This document shows, in pieces, positions 35,076 through 49,877 of a stretch of 64,000 bases of DNA (positions are counted from its first letter, which is position 1; the number at the start of each line of letters is the position of its first letter). The position numbers and the translations under genes are program-made. Source of the DNA: a virus; IMG/VR virus record IMGVR_UViG_3300020576_003639, positions 1 through 64,000 of that record, one strand, 5' to 3'. The notes below the pieces were generated by a model. That model was not told where the DNA came from and did no database searches. It saw only the letters and a program-made list of their open reading frames with translations.

Positions 35076-36812
35076 ATGGTGGACATATTCAAAGAAATAA
35101 AAAATATAACTCTTACAGAAATCCTTGATAAGCTCTGAATCTTCTATGAAGTCGTATGAAATAATATCGAACTCTACGAAGGCGACAAACATACCGACTG
35201 ATGGCGTTGAGATATCGGATGAGGGTTTATCAAGGATTTTACTTGAAAGCGTGCACAGGGGGATAGAATCACTTTTGTGATGGGCTATCTTGGAATGGAA
35301 AAGGGTGAAGCAGTTCGATGGTTTAAAGATGAATTTCATCTTTATGATGATGGAGAGAAGGTAAATGTACGCCAAGAGATGCTTGCAATCGGTAGAGCTA
35401 CTATGGCAAAAGAGGAAACCGCATTAGCAGTAATAGAACCGAATCATGTTGATGTAAAGGCAAAGTGGGAAACAATGTGAGAACTTTCCCAGATTCAAAT
35501 TGATTATCTTACTTCTCGATCGGTAGATTATTCCAAGGTAAAAAGATATATTCGAAATAATATCTGATATGTTTGCTGTCCTGTTTCAGCGATATCATGA
35601 GCGAGTATCGATATGATCTCACTTCAAAGTCGTGATATTCATACTAAGAAATTCGTTATTGAGAAAGGAACACCAAGTAAATGATGCTTCATTTCTGCAA
35701 TAGATAAATCAAAAAAATATATCTATGTTGTCGAAGGAATGTTTGACTTTCTCACACTTGCACAGTACACAGATAATGTTATCGGTATGAAAAGTGCGAG
35801 TGATGGAGCTGATGTAGTAAAAGAATTTGCTAAGAAATGATATCTTCCGATTCTCATTCCCGATAATGATGAGGCAGGAAAAACTATGCTTACTTTGATG
35901 GCAAATGTCCCACATTCAGTATTCGATTTAGCTGAATACAATGTGAAAGACATCAATGAACTCCTGGTAAAATCAGAATATGGAGCATCTATACTCGAGA
36001 TTATTGAAGATCAGAGAACTCGACCACCACGAAATATCGATTCAGCTATGAAGAAACTTGATTCACTTCAAGCTCTTACTACCAAGCGATGACGACTCGG
36101 AGTTGATGGGCCACCTTCAATGAAGAAGATTACTGATCTGCATCAAGGAATTATTGAAGGGAAAGTATATACAATCTGAGCTTATTCAGGTCATGGAAAA
36201 TCTACACTCAGTTATGAGTATGCTTCATACTTTGTAAAGCAGAGAAAAAAAGTGCTATACTTTTCTGTCGAAGTAGATTCAGGATTACTTCTGAGTTATA
36301 TCGCTCGAAACTTTTACAAAGTTCCTCATAAAAGCATTATGGATCGTCAGCATAAAATCAATGCAAATGATTTTGATACACTTTATCTCTACGACAATGT
36401 TCGTGATCTCGAGACTATGAGTAAAATTGTTATGGAGGAAAAGCCTGATTATGTATTTATCGATTATGCACAGGGAGTTCGATGTGAATGAGCATGAATT
36501 TATGAAAAGACTACAAACTATGCACAGTCTATACAGGCATTGGCTATCGAAAGTAATGCAACTATCTTCTCGCTTTCTCAGCTCAATAACGATTCAAGGA
36601 ATAAAGATGGTGGAGATGTAACCCTTAAAGGATCAGGAGATCTATTCTCTGCAAGTGATGTAATCATTACTATTTCTAAGGATTGAGAATTTACAAAATG
36701 TGGTCTTATGAAAAATAAGTTCTGAAAAAAAGATTCATACTTTATTGAGTTTAATTACGATGTCGGAGGGCTTATGCTTATATCACAATCATATCAAAAA
36801 GATTGAGTTTAG
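35076..36812 (+). CDS. primase-helicase (TOPRIM primase + DnaB/gp4-like helicase)
   Basis: TOPRIM YIYVVEGMFDFLTLAQ and ILIPDNDEAGKTM. Helicase Walker A TIGAYSGHGKST (first Gly = TGA), Walker B VFIDYAQ, H3 SLSQLN, H4 GSGDLFSASDVII. Four track ORFs in one phase joined by TGA. Confidence 0.75.
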
Positions 36813-36865
36813 CTTGCATTAATGATTATTTAAGTATACTTGTAGTATATTAACTTAATCAAACT

Positions 36866-37657
36866 ATGTTTATTCAACAACTTGATGCAGCCATGGAACC
36901 TCATAGAGTTCAATTTGGTGGAAAGAAATCAATGAATCGTCTTCTTATGATGAAGACATCTACCCTTGATGAACGATTCATGTTACTTCTCGAACTTCTT
37001 ACACTTTCCGGAACATTCAGTTATGGAAAGATTCAAGATCCTGAAAGCACTGATTATCAATTTGATTACAACAAACTCTACAAACTTCTTGCTGAAGCAA
37101 GTATGTATGTAAATAATCCTGGAATTGTATCAACTCGATTCAAAGAAGCTATTCAATACCTTTCAGGAGAGTTTATTCGAGAAGCTGTAGAATGAGGCGA
37201 CTTTACTTGTATCTCCGATATCTATAACGGAAAAGTAAAAGTAATTCAGTTCATTACCAAAAAGAATAAGAATGCACCTGGTATATCATTTGCATTCAAA
37301 GGAAAAAGCGGAAAGGTCTATGATGGGAATAGACTCCCAGATCTTATGGTCTTCAATCAGGAAGAGCTTCTTGATATCGTAGAGGGAATTGCAGGAGATC
37401 CTGACTTCATGATGGATGCTACTCAAAAGCAAGTTATTGATTATGTTCTTGCAAACAAAGATTCTCTTCAAAAGGAATTCCGAAACTATCGAAATACTCT
37501 CATAGCATATCTCAACTGGATTAAAGCTCCTGAGATCAGAAACAGTATTATCGTTTATATTCTTGAGACTCTCAAGATAGAACATACATACGGACCAAAA
37601 GATCAGAAAGCTGTCATTGCAGCAAAAAAAGCTATTTCTAAAAAAGTAAAAGCATAA
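36866..37657 (+). CDS. hypothetical protein (263 aa)
   Basis: ORFs 36866 and 37346 are in phase, joined via TGA. Confidence 0.4.
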
Positions 37658-37665
37658 ATATAATC

Positions 37666-37690
37666 CCTACAAACCGTAGGGATTATATCA
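37666..37690 (+). terminator. hairpin terminator
   Basis: tccctac-aaacc-gtaggga followed by ttatatc. Confidence 0.45.
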
Positions 37691-37718
37691 GTTTCTACAA
37701 TAACATAACTATATTACT

Positions 37719-40700
37719 ATGGCCAACGATATTACAGCTCCACTAGAAGGTGCTGAAGCTCCTGGATTTTTCTCTCGAGGATGAGCGCTCGATAAAGGTA
37801 TACAATCAGTAGACTCTTTTTTCGAATGAGCAGCCAACATGGTTAAGGATACTACTGTAAAAGTAGTTACTTGACAATTTGATCTCAATCCAATGCTATC
37901 TGATCAGGATAAAGCAAAATATAATGTTCCACAACCGATCAGTGATAATGACCGAGCTCTGGCAAAAGAATCGAAAGCTATATCTGGTTGGCAGATGGCT
38001 AAAGATATTGGATGAGCTTTGATTGATTTTGGAAAAGATAAAATAGTATGAACAAATCTTTCCAGTAAATTGAATCAATGAATATCAGAAGATGACTTCA
38101 ATAAAACGATATCGAAATATCGTTGAGATATATCAAGCACGAATAAAATAATATCCGATATCATGTCCGCAGATCCTAAGTTTGCACAGTATCGTGATTT
38201 TGATTTTGCTTCTTACAAAAAATATCTTGATGCTAGGGGAATTACTTCAGTTCAAGATCCTGCAGATTATGAAGCATTTAAGAAAGCAGAAATGAGTAAG
38301 CTTAATGCTCTTGATCAACAACTCATTGTGTCCCAGTATCAGGAACTTCAGAATACTGTAAGTAAATATCAGCAACAGGCTCAGGCAAAACAAGCTGAAC
38401 TTGATTGATATCTCAACTCTGCAATCAAATGAGACTGAGAAAAAACTGGTGTACAGGTATTTGAGGATGTAGAAAAGGAATCACAGAACAGATTCAAGGA
38501 TAGCCAATACCTACAGTATAACCAAAAGGTAGCTACCTATGTTGACGAGATGGTCACTAAGGAACTCGAGAAAGATGGAAAATCAATATCTGGATTAGGA
38601 CAATCATTCACAAATCTTAAGGACTCTGTTGTGGAACAAATGACTGCATCTGAGATGTATCGTTTGGATCTTATCGGTATGGATGATCTTCCTGATAACG
38701 AAAAGTACGCGCAGATGTGGGGAGAAGCAAGTCAGAAATTCTACAACTTCAATTACGAGTTCATGCGTAGACTTTCTGCAGAGAAAGACAAGCCTGAAAA
38801 TAAATGAGTTGATGAGGTTGCGCTTCGTCAGAGAGTGCAATTAGAAACGTGGAGAGCTACTTCTCCTGAAGATAAAGAAAAGATGCGATGACGAGAAGCA
38901 TTAGCTACTGGAATTAATGCTATGGTAAATGCCAAACAATTGGGAGAACGTATTACTGATCTCAATCCTCAAGCTCTTCTTGATGGGCTATCTCTCGTAG
39001 GTACTACATTTCAATCCTATGTAGACCAAGCATTTGATTATAATCAGGAAATCCCACACTATATTCAGCAGGAGACTAGATCACTTCTTTATTCTGATGA
39101 GGGAAACCTCAGGAAATTTTGATCATATCTATCATACAATGCTGATGCTCTTGCATCGATGGCTATTCCAATAAAGGGAACTGGAATCGTGACTAAGGGG
39201 GTCGATAAGCTTATTGATGTACTCGCAAAGAATACAGATAAATTTGTCGGGATATCTACTAAGGTATGATTTACTCAATGATTTTTGAAGTTTATTCCAA
39301 ATGCAGCGAAGGGTATTTCTAATAGCCTAGTTAATGGAGCAGTAGGTGATCCAGTATTTGATAATCTCATGATGCAAGCGCCTACGGCTGCAGTTGAGAC
39401 AATGAATAATATTGCCAATCTATTCTTTGATGCCAGTCTATTTACTGGAGGTAAGTGACTTGTATACGGTTTAGAATGAACAAAAAATATGAATGGATTA
39501 ATGTTCAAGTTTCTCCACTGAGATGAGGCTGCAGCTGTTAAAGACTGGACTAAAGCATTCAATGATCACTATAATCCTGGACAAGCAATTAGCGAGGCAC
39601 AAGGTCGAGAGATTCTTGAGCAAGGCAAGAAGCTTTATGGTAACATGTATTCACCTCAAGAAATCAAAAAAACCTTCAATGAAAAATGAGGGATTTATCG
39701 TTATCTTGCGGACAATGTTTCCCAGATGACTGACTCTTGAATAAAAGAAGTACTCACTGGTAATGGTCTTGGAATTCGTATTGAGGATCTTGTAGGCATT
39801 CCAAGAAAAGAAATTGATAATCTCAATGGTCTTTTCGATGTTCATGCAAAAGTTTCTAATGATGAGACAAAGACTCGATTAGTATCGACTCGTATAGAAG
39901 AGAAACTCAATGCCATAAATGATTTTGTATCTAAGTGATCCCCTTATGATGATGTTATCATTCAGCAAAAGATGAGAACTAATCCTGAGTTTCTGAAGGA
40001 AGCAAAGGTAGTTGAAATAAAACTCGCTCAGATAAAGAGTCTTATGAAGGTTCCTAATTCTACCGATGAGATCAAGGGTCTTATTGGAGAAGTAGATGAT
40101 AGTATCCGTATGATGAAGGAGAACTATACCAATAGACAGTGGCCAACACAGGTCACGCTTGTAGATAGTGCATCCAAAAATGAAATCAAGATAGGGATAA
40201 AGGATCTCCGAGCAGATCTTGATGGAAAGAATTTCTCTGATATCGTAGCCGAAGGTCGTGTTACAATCAAGAAAGATACCAAAAATATCAAGCAATGAGA
40301 CTATTTCATCAAAGGAGCTGAGAACAATGTCTTTTCTTCTTATGTGGAAAGTTTCATGAAAAACATCGAGAATGATATTTCTGAGTTTGAAATAGCAAAT
40401 AATCTCGATCCTCTTACGGACAAGATTCGTCATTCTATTCAGAATGGTCTTCTCAATACTGGTAAGGTAGAGTTCTGATACCTTGCTAAATTTACCGGGG
40501 AGCAATATGATACTCAGATAAAGGCTCTTTGAGAATTCGTTAATAAGACTCTCAAGAATTTCTATGGTGAAAAATTTGTTAATCCTGAAGTACATTTTCT
40601 TGGAAAACAGCTTGTTAGTAATGAAGATGTAATAAAGGGATTCAATAATAATCCTGGATACATCAATCTCACATATGGTACATTTGCTAAGACAGATGAT

Positions 40701-43700
40701 GTTACAAAGATTACTGGTACAAAAAATATATTCTATGTATCTTTTGGAAAAGATATTGCTTCATCTGAAGTATTTGCCAAAAAACTCGATGGGAATCCTA
40801 AAGGAACATGAGCTACCGTTACTGCATATATCGCAAGCGCATCAAGTATCAACAAGCTTATTGTGAAATATGGCATTCAATCGGATTGATCTATTGATTT
40901 TTTCAAAGGGTTACAGAAGGCAAAGATTGTAGAATCTACAGCTAATGTAGATGGACTATTTATCGATTGAAAAATATCTCAATCAGCTATTGCAAAAATA
41001 CTTGATGATGCTATCAAGTGAGAAGATATGGATGATCTTACTAGAAAATGAATTCTTGACCTTGCTAATGGTCTATTCTCGGCATCAAGGCAAGAGGACT
41101 CTATGGTAATTAAGCCAATGATATATTCTCTAGTATCAAAATACTATGATAATAAGCCACTTATTGACGAGTTATTCACAAGATTCAGAATAGATAAGCC
41201 AGACTTCATCAAGGCATTTGCTGATATATTGATGAGTCCTGATACGTATAAAGACATTGCAGCGAAGATGGCATCTCGATGAGATCAAAAAGTTCTTACG
41301 GAATCATTCAGAGTAAAACATCAGCAAGCTTGGCTCGAGTATCATAATAGGCTTCAGTCTATTGTGGATAAACTTGATATCCAGATTGATGATGCTAAAG
41401 CCACGCGTAAGCTCACTGGATCAGCTGAGGCTCGAGAATTTATCGACATGAATATTGAAACTCTCAAGTCCAAAAAGTCTTCAGTACTCAAGGTAATGAA
41501 GAAAGAACAGGAGTTCAAGAATAATCTTCTCGAGAAAAATCTCCAAAATATCAATGTGGAATACTTGAAAAATATCTCTAATGATTTTTCTTTTACGAAA
41601 CTTCTTCGTAGAGAAAACCTAATAGGCAAAGGAAATCCAGAAGACCAACTCAAACAATATGTCTCAATGCGAGAACAGATCAAAGATCTCTATCCAAAGC
41701 ATAGAGATGTCTTTGATAGTCTCATTAGAGATATTGAGAAAGTCACTGATCCTATGGCTACTATGGCCGATCGTGCTAATCTTATCCAGAAATATGAGGA
41801 TATGGCGTTCTCATCTGATATTCTGAAGGATACCGTAGACAAGATGATTAGGCAGTATCTGTTTCCCCAGGATGGTATTTCTCTATACGATGTATCATAT
41901 CTCAGTAATATGATTGATTCGATGAAGGGAAAATACACTTATAATTTTGCCAAAGAAAATAACCCACTCAAGAAATGGTTATGAGGATGGATCAATAATA
42001 CGAACACCGGTCGTAATGATGTACTCGAGGCAAAGATCTCTGAGTATTTCAAAGAACCAACAGTCAAATCTGCTGATGAGATGTATGATAAGAATCCAGA
42101 GTTCAGAGATATGATTGATAGCCTTCGAGCTCAATCATCTTCAGAATGAGATGTAGATGTTCCAAAAGTCTATGTTAAGGCTATTCGTGATGGAAAAGAA
42201 TCTGTTCGAAAATTTATCTCTGAGATATTTCATAACATCGAGATAGATACCGATAGTCGTTGAAATATTAGCGCTGAGCTAGTGGATGACATATTAAATG
42301 AGTATGACATCATCAAGAAGCTTAAAGCCATCGCAAATCGCAAATTATCGAAGAATGATATCAATGTGTCGCTCATAGAGTGAGAAACAGAATTCGATAA
42401 GGTATTTTCAATCCGCAATGATAAGTACAATGAGAAGGTTCTTCAGATAGAAAACATGGAGAAAGCATGAATGAACTTCAGAGCTATCCGTGGATTTTCT
42501 GTAAACCAAGCATGATATATTAAAATTGGGGATACTACTCTCAACAAACTCTACGACCAGCATATAGTAGATTCTTTCATCAAAGATAAAGAGAATCCAA
42601 ATTTTGCTTACTCTACATCTTCAGAGAAGTATAAGCTTCTTACTAAGATTATAAATAATACCTTATCTGCTGAAGATTATAAAATATTAAATATTCAATG
42701 ATGAAAAGAGACAGTATCGTTAAATAAAATTAAAAATTTAATTGCTAAAAATGATAAGGAATTACTTACTAAGTATTTATCATTATCAAATAAAAAGTCA
42801 GACTCAATTGAATGAATCGTAGATTATATATCTTCTGATCTTAGATCTTGGATATTTGATTGAGATTGAACACTTAAAGAAAATATAAAAGCTAATTTAT
42901 CTGAAAAACAAATAGAGCAAAATTATAATACTTTTAAATCAAATTATTGAGAATGAAATAAGGATTTATTTGATTTTGAAGTATCTCTTATTAAGAAAAT
43001 ATATGAGAATATTGATTCTATAATTCAAGTAGAATGATCAGTTATTGATCGGAAATCAATTATTTCTCAGCTTGGAATCCCTGAGGATCATGTATTCGTA
43101 GGAAACTTTGGTGATAAAGATTCTCTCTACACTACTTACAAATCTGGTCTTGATATCTATACTGGTAAGGTTATTCCGGAAATAGAGGCATCCATCTACA
43201 AATATGAGTATGCTTTTGCTAATGGATATACTACTGGTAAGATGGAAAGTTTTGAACAATTCAAAAACAAGTTTCTTACAAAAAAGTTCTCTTCGTTCGA
43301 AGAATATAAGAACTATATGCATGATAATGTTTATGAAACTGTCAATGGAAAACGAGTGAACCAGTATATTCTTCCTCGTGATACTATCCGTAAGAGAGAG
43401 GCATTCAACATGAGTAACGATACTACTTTCGAGGATTATGTTGTGCCTACAAAGACTTATATCATCGAGAAGGAACTCAAGCAAATACCAGAACTCCAAA
43501 ATTTCCCTATGGTAAATGGAGAGTTTGATGGTGGAATAGATGATCTCATGAAACTTATCTCCGACTATCCTGAAAGTGAGGTAGCTACAGTTGTCCAAAA
43601 GAATTTGGATAACAATGTCTCAGTAGAGAAGATTATAAACTTTCTGAACACGACCTACAACAATGATCTTCAGGATGGTACTTCATTCGTATCCAATGAT

Positions 43701-46700
43701 CTCGCGAGAACTCGTGCATTTATACAGTGAGGGAACCGTGGGGTAAAAGATTTTGATGAAGGAAAACGACAATTCAAGGATCATTACTATGGAGATCTCT
43801 GAAACAAAAGATTTTGAGCAAAGACTTTGTTCAATGCTTCAGATATTCAGTTTGAATGAGCTCCTATCAAAAATGCTGTAGTCGTTGGTGATTCATCAAT
43901 GAAGCTCAAGGGTGGATACAAGAAGTATGATGAGCCGAAGGAGATCATGATCGATGGCAAGATGCATAAAGTTCTCGGGGAAGTGGAAGGAACCAATACT
44001 TCATTCTTCAAGAATGCAGCAAGTGATTCATTCAAAGACCATTCAGATCTCACGATGAGTGATTCTATCAAGGGTAGGATACCTGTAGAGCACGCAAAGG
44101 CTATTGAGCAACTTCAGATCCGTGATATAAAGCTCGCATTCCAGGAGGCCCTTTGAAGTCTTTCTGACTATAAGATATCTCTGAATTCCTTTGGAGATGT
44201 TACGGAACTTATCAAACTTATCAGTTCAGAGGCTAAGATTGGTATGGGTGCTGATGCAATAGTGAAGGGGAAGATGACAGATCTTCTCGTCAAGATTGAC
44301 GGTATTATCAACAAGCCAAAGAATCCAGGACAATCTATGTTCATCCGAGAATCGAATCTCGATATCGGTCGAAATGAAGTTATCATGAGTAAGGACTCGA
44401 GTTTCGTTATTCAGGCTCGTAAGGAAATTCAGGATGAGATCGATAAGCTCGATCCAAATACTGATGTAGAGAAGATCGCAGAGCTCAAGAAAGACATGAA
44501 GGATGGTCTATACACGGTAGGATACCGATATCCGGTTCCATCTATCTACAATCTTGGAGTATATAAGATCCGTATCCAAGAAGATCTTGATCCAAAAATA
44601 TTTGGACAGTACAAGAACATGGGTAAGGATCAGGTTATTACACATCCACTCACCACGTATATGAAGCTCGAGGGAGATAATGACGGTGACCACGTCTTCT
44701 TCTTATCTGCGAGATGAGAGATGGGTAAGATACTTTCCAATGCTGTTCTTTGAAAAAAACCAACAGAAGAAATCATTCCTATCCTCAAGTCAGGAAACTG
44801 GGATAATAAGTTTATCGTGGCAGAACAGGTTGAGAAGGGCATAGTCAATGACTCTGAGGATGTATCTCTCCTCGATTCTCGATCGATAGCACTTGAGGCA
44901 AAGGCTTCTATCGGTGTAGTATCGGCTACTCTACGTACTCTCGGTACACTGAGTCAGATGATGTGAGATTCGCTGAATGATGATAAGAAACTATTTTTCC
45001 AGGAGATTATTCCTTCTGAATCTGGGAAGGCAAAATCTTCTAATAGTGTGAAGACTCTCAAATTTATCAAGGATAAGATCGGTGACCTATCTTCAATAAA
45101 GAACAATCCAGAATTTGATGCACTTGCTGCATCGATTCTTCAGACAACTCTCGACTTTGGTAACTCAGGAAAGACAACATTTGACAAGGATTGGTATATG
45201 GATCTTTTGGAAAAGGTATGAATACCTCGAGAAAAGATTCCTGATATATACTACTCTATCATCTCCCCATTATCTATTGGGTACAATAAGACTGACATCA
45301 AACAAGGATACAAGCTTTGACTTGCTACGTTTGCACCTTCGTATAAAAAAGATCTCCTCTATTGAGTTACTGGTTCAAAAAGAGATATCTATGAGTTTCT
45401 TCTTGAGGGAGAAGTGTACAATAAGCGATCGATAGCTCAATTTGTAAATGATGTGAACAAGACTCATGATCTCAAATTCATCACAGATACATTGATGTCA
45501 TCATCAAAGGATATCAATGTGAAAGCAATTATCGATTATATGAATAAAGAGATCAAGAACTTCTCTACTCTTGGTTATATCAAGAAAGAGTACCGTGGTG
45601 ATTTCAAAAAATTCATAGGATCTCTTGGACATTCAGATCAGGTTCTGGAAACAATGAAAATGATAGATGACTATCATGAGATCCAAGATAACTACCTGGC
45701 AAAGAAAGAAATCAGTAAGAATCTTATTTCAAAAGTAAATAGTTTGAGCCCTGATGAGCGTGCTATAGCTGCACTATATGGTGCAGCTAATGGGGAAAGT
45801 AATCTATTCAATTACTTCACTACTCCTGAGAAACTTCTTTATCTCACGTCATCTGATCAGACATTTGTAAAAGATATAGGATCAGTATATGGAATAAAAC
45901 TTCCAAAAGATTCTCTTGATTATTGATCATTTAAAGATGAGATCATAAAAAATATATCAGATCTTACTAATGATCTGAAGTGAGAAAAGGATGAGTGAGC
46001 AATAGATGCAATCGAGTATAATCTCGAGAAACAGAAAGCAGCACTCAGCGATATCGATCAGCTTATTACAGATCTCGAGGCTAAGAAGGATATTCCTGAT
46101 GACATTGTGATAGATGAAGTCAAGATCCCAGAAGTATGAGAAGTCGTGTTTCCAGAGTTCACATTTGCAGAACTCGATACATCTCCACAATCCGCTAATG
46201 AAATTCTTTCAGAGCATGTCGATATGGTAACGCTCGCTAGAGATTGATGGAAGCTCACTATGCAAAGCATGTTCAATAAGTATAGTCCTCGATTGGCTCT
46301 CAATTTTGATACATTGGCAGACTTCCTCAATGCCAAGAATAGGGTTCTATCGAATGCTAGTAACGAACATGTCCGTCAGTTCGGTGATCTATTCTTTGGA
46401 TACAAAAATTCTATATACCGACAACTCAAGAAAGCATGAGTTCCTAAAGAGAAGCTCGATCGTTTAGGTCTTGTTATTCAACACTCTCTGATTGGTAATG
46501 CTGGTGGAGTATTCCATTGAATGGAACAGGATGTAATCATCAAGAAGCTTACTGGTACTCTCGAGGAATATGGTGTAGGTCATCTTATCAATGATCCAAA
46601 ATTTATGGATGAGATCTTTGACTACAATGATAAGGTAATATCTGTAGCAGTAGAGAAGCTTAATCAGATTCAAGAATCATTTCACTTCGATATCTACAAT

Positions 46701-49700
46701 TCGTATAAGGATCTCGATCTCTCTATGATCACAGATCTCTTCGAGGCTCATAAGTGAGATGCACAGTTTGCCCTTAAGCTCACTGGTATTAAAGATCGAC
46801 AAGCATTCGAGAAATACATAATGGATAATGCAGCACAGATGGGGGAAAAACCATTGGAAGCAACAGTCAGATCAATGGGGAATGCGGTATATAAGAATCA
46901 TAGTGGTATGGACTTCGTATTGAACTTTGTGAAATGAGTTCATTACGAGATGACATATGGAACCGCAGCAACATTACTCACTCAGAATAATATAGTTGCC
47001 GGCCTTACTCAGATTCTTCCAAATTATACAGAGCTCCGATCGTTTATTGATAAAGATCCTTCTGCTATACGAGAATGACTTTATGTAATGTCGAGATATA
47101 ATCTCCTCGACGCTGAAGATGTACTGCAAATGGGTACATGATTCTGAAAGAATATGAAGAATACTTGGCTCGGATGAGTAATCCAGAAAGCAACGAAAGA
47201 TCTCACAGAGGGAACACTATCTGCAGTTTGAGTTACGAAGAATAAAGCTATACGAGCATCAGAGTTCGTTGATTCCGTAATGAACAATATGCTTGGATTC
47301 AATGACTGGCCGCTTGAGAATCTTCGTAAGATAGTCGCTACCAAGAAAGCAATGGATCAGCTATGATATAAAACTGCGAAAGAACTAGAGGATGCAATAG
47401 AAAGAGGGTGATTAGATTTTGAGATGGCATTCAGATCACATGTAAGAAGAAACTTTGCCAATACTGGATGATGAGTAGTGTCATCTTCCCCAATTGCGTC
47501 AGGAACAGTATTCGAAAATTCATATGAATACTTGAGAACAGGAATAGTCCCAGTAGACTTCTTCGTAGAATTTGGTGTGAAGTCCCTCTGATATCTTATG
47601 TGATGGTCATTTCATAAGTCGGCTACTCTCTTAGAGAAAGAATCAGCATTATTCACATGATTAAAGAAGCTTGTCATAGACAAAGATCCTAGAGCATTCA
47701 AGGCACACTTCAGTGATTGGGCTGCATATAACCTCATGTTGGGAAGACAGGTAGGAACAACAATGGGTCTCTATCTTAAATTCCAGAAATATGAGAAAGA
47801 TAATGATGATCGTATATCTTTGGCATCATTTCAGAAACAGTTCAATAATGCTTTTGTAGCAATACTAATTCCTCTCGAACGACATTTCGCAGCATTCGAA
47901 ACTGCTGAAAAACTTGGGACTGGATCAGATGCAACCCTCTATACCATGAATAGTGTCTTCAAACAGATGACTCGTCTATTCAAACAATGAGCGTTCTTCA
48001 ATACAATGTTTGATCGTTATAGGGAGAAAGAGGCATTAGGTGAAGCAGATATGCTTGATGCAATGCAATATGCAATGGATGTTCATTATACTGCATATAT
48101 GAGATTCTCTGGGATGCAGACTACCAATGATTATTATAACACCCTTGGACAGCAAACTAATCTTGGAATCTTATGAGTAGGTGGTAATACACTTCAAGAT
48201 GATATTGCAAAAGAATTGATGGAATGAAGTACCTTTACATCTTGGAAAGAAAAATGATTCATCTGAAGTCTTCTATCAGGATTCAGTCAAATGTTTAGGA
48301 CATCGGATACAGATCTCTCAATGAGCGTAGCACAGGATCTTGCAAAAGAGATTCGTGATAGAGTCACTCGTGATCCACAGTTATCAAAACTTCTTAAAGG
48401 ATGACAGATTGGTACTGGAATACAGGACTATAATATCACTAATCTTGTAGGAAATAACAAGATAATGTCTCCTGAGGAAGAATGAGCTACATCAGATATA
48501 TGGAAAGAAATTCAGTACTATGCCTATAAGAGCATCGATAAAGATGGAAAGCTTAAGGTGTACGGATCTGATGGAAAACTTATTGTCCAGGACAAGATTC
48601 AACAGATTCTCGAAGAGAGAATCACCAAGGAGCTGGCAAAGAAATGAATCAATATTTCTGATATCATTGCTAGATGACCTGGTTACGATCCAGCTCTTTT
48701 GAAAACTATTGCAGTACTAGGTCTTGATTCAGAGCTTAAGACTCCGCTAGTGATTGCAACTCTTATGGAAATGGAGAATAAGAAGCTCAATGCAGATAGA
48801 AAGAAGACGGAGTGAGTTCTCACCGGTGAGAAGTCGGCATATGGAACTCCATATAAAACTCTTACAACAGAACAGTATATCCGATCTCAGCGAGATATTA
48901 TTCTGAAGTACCAAGAATACTTCAATCTTGATAATAATCTAGTGCAGTCCATCATAGAGAAACACATTGCCAAGAATAATGTTGATCTTTTCGAGAAGTT
49001 CGATAAGGTGACAAATCTTAAATTTATCAAGAACGATGTATACGATCTGGTGAAGAGAGAGTATCTAGCTAGAAGTGTTATGAATAACTGAGATACGAAG
49101 GTTTCATCACTTCAGAGTAGATACGCTCTTGCATATAAGGGAATAAAAGATTCAGAGACATGAGTACAAGTTGTACTTAATCATCTCAGAGAAATTGAAT
49201 CGCTTCCTGCTATGGATGCTAAGACGAAGCTCGCGAATCAAGCAGCAGCTCTTATGAGCCTTAATACAACTCAATACGGATTACTCAAGAATAATAAAGA
49301 GTTTGCTAAACTTACGGAAGATTCTCAGAAGCAAATTACCAATTGGTTATTCAAAGTATCATCAGCAAGTCTTGATTTTGATAGCAATACAATGGCATCA
49401 AAAATGAATCAGGCTGCATGATCTCGTCAGGCCACTGGTAAATGATATGCAAGAGTTCTTCCTAAGCCTCAAAGCTCATCATTCTCATGACAGAGACCAA
49501 ACTTTTCTCAGCAGTTTTCTCCTATTAGAGATTTCATTCCTGGAAAGGAGAAATATCTTTCTTCTGATCCGAATAGATTTCTACAGGCAAAACAAGATTT
49601 TATTCCTCGGAATAATCTCTTTAATCCTGCGCAATTCCCAATCGTTCAGGAGTATGCAAAAATTATGATTAGTAACATATACTACGGTTATGAATCAAAA

Positions 49701-49877
49701 GGAACTATTCGCACTGGTTCTTGAGATAAAAAGTTTGATAAAACTCAGAATACGAGTATAAAGATAGCGAAACCAAAGAAAGCCAAAGCCACAAAAGAAT
49801 TTAAAAAATTCAAGATAGCTCCAAAAGTATCTATGTGAATGCGGCCGGATCTTCCACTCGCTAACTATTGAGACTAA
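37719..49877 (+). CDS. giant protein (about 4052 aa) with a multisubunit-RNAP beta-prime-like DPBB catalytic domain (DxDGD). Candidate crAss-like virion RNA polymerase / giant virion protein.
   Basis: Twelve track ORFs all in phase 0. The gap 39122-39972 was verified codon by codon: nine TGA and no TAA/TAG. Frame-0 stops are at 37701 (TAA) and 49875 (TAA). The region near 44520-44700 reads YRYPVPSIYNLGVYKIRIQ...GKDQVITHPLTTYMKLEGDNDGDHVFF. This parallels beta-prime NRAPTLHRLGIQAF...[26 protein letters not shown]. Confidence 0.7.
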
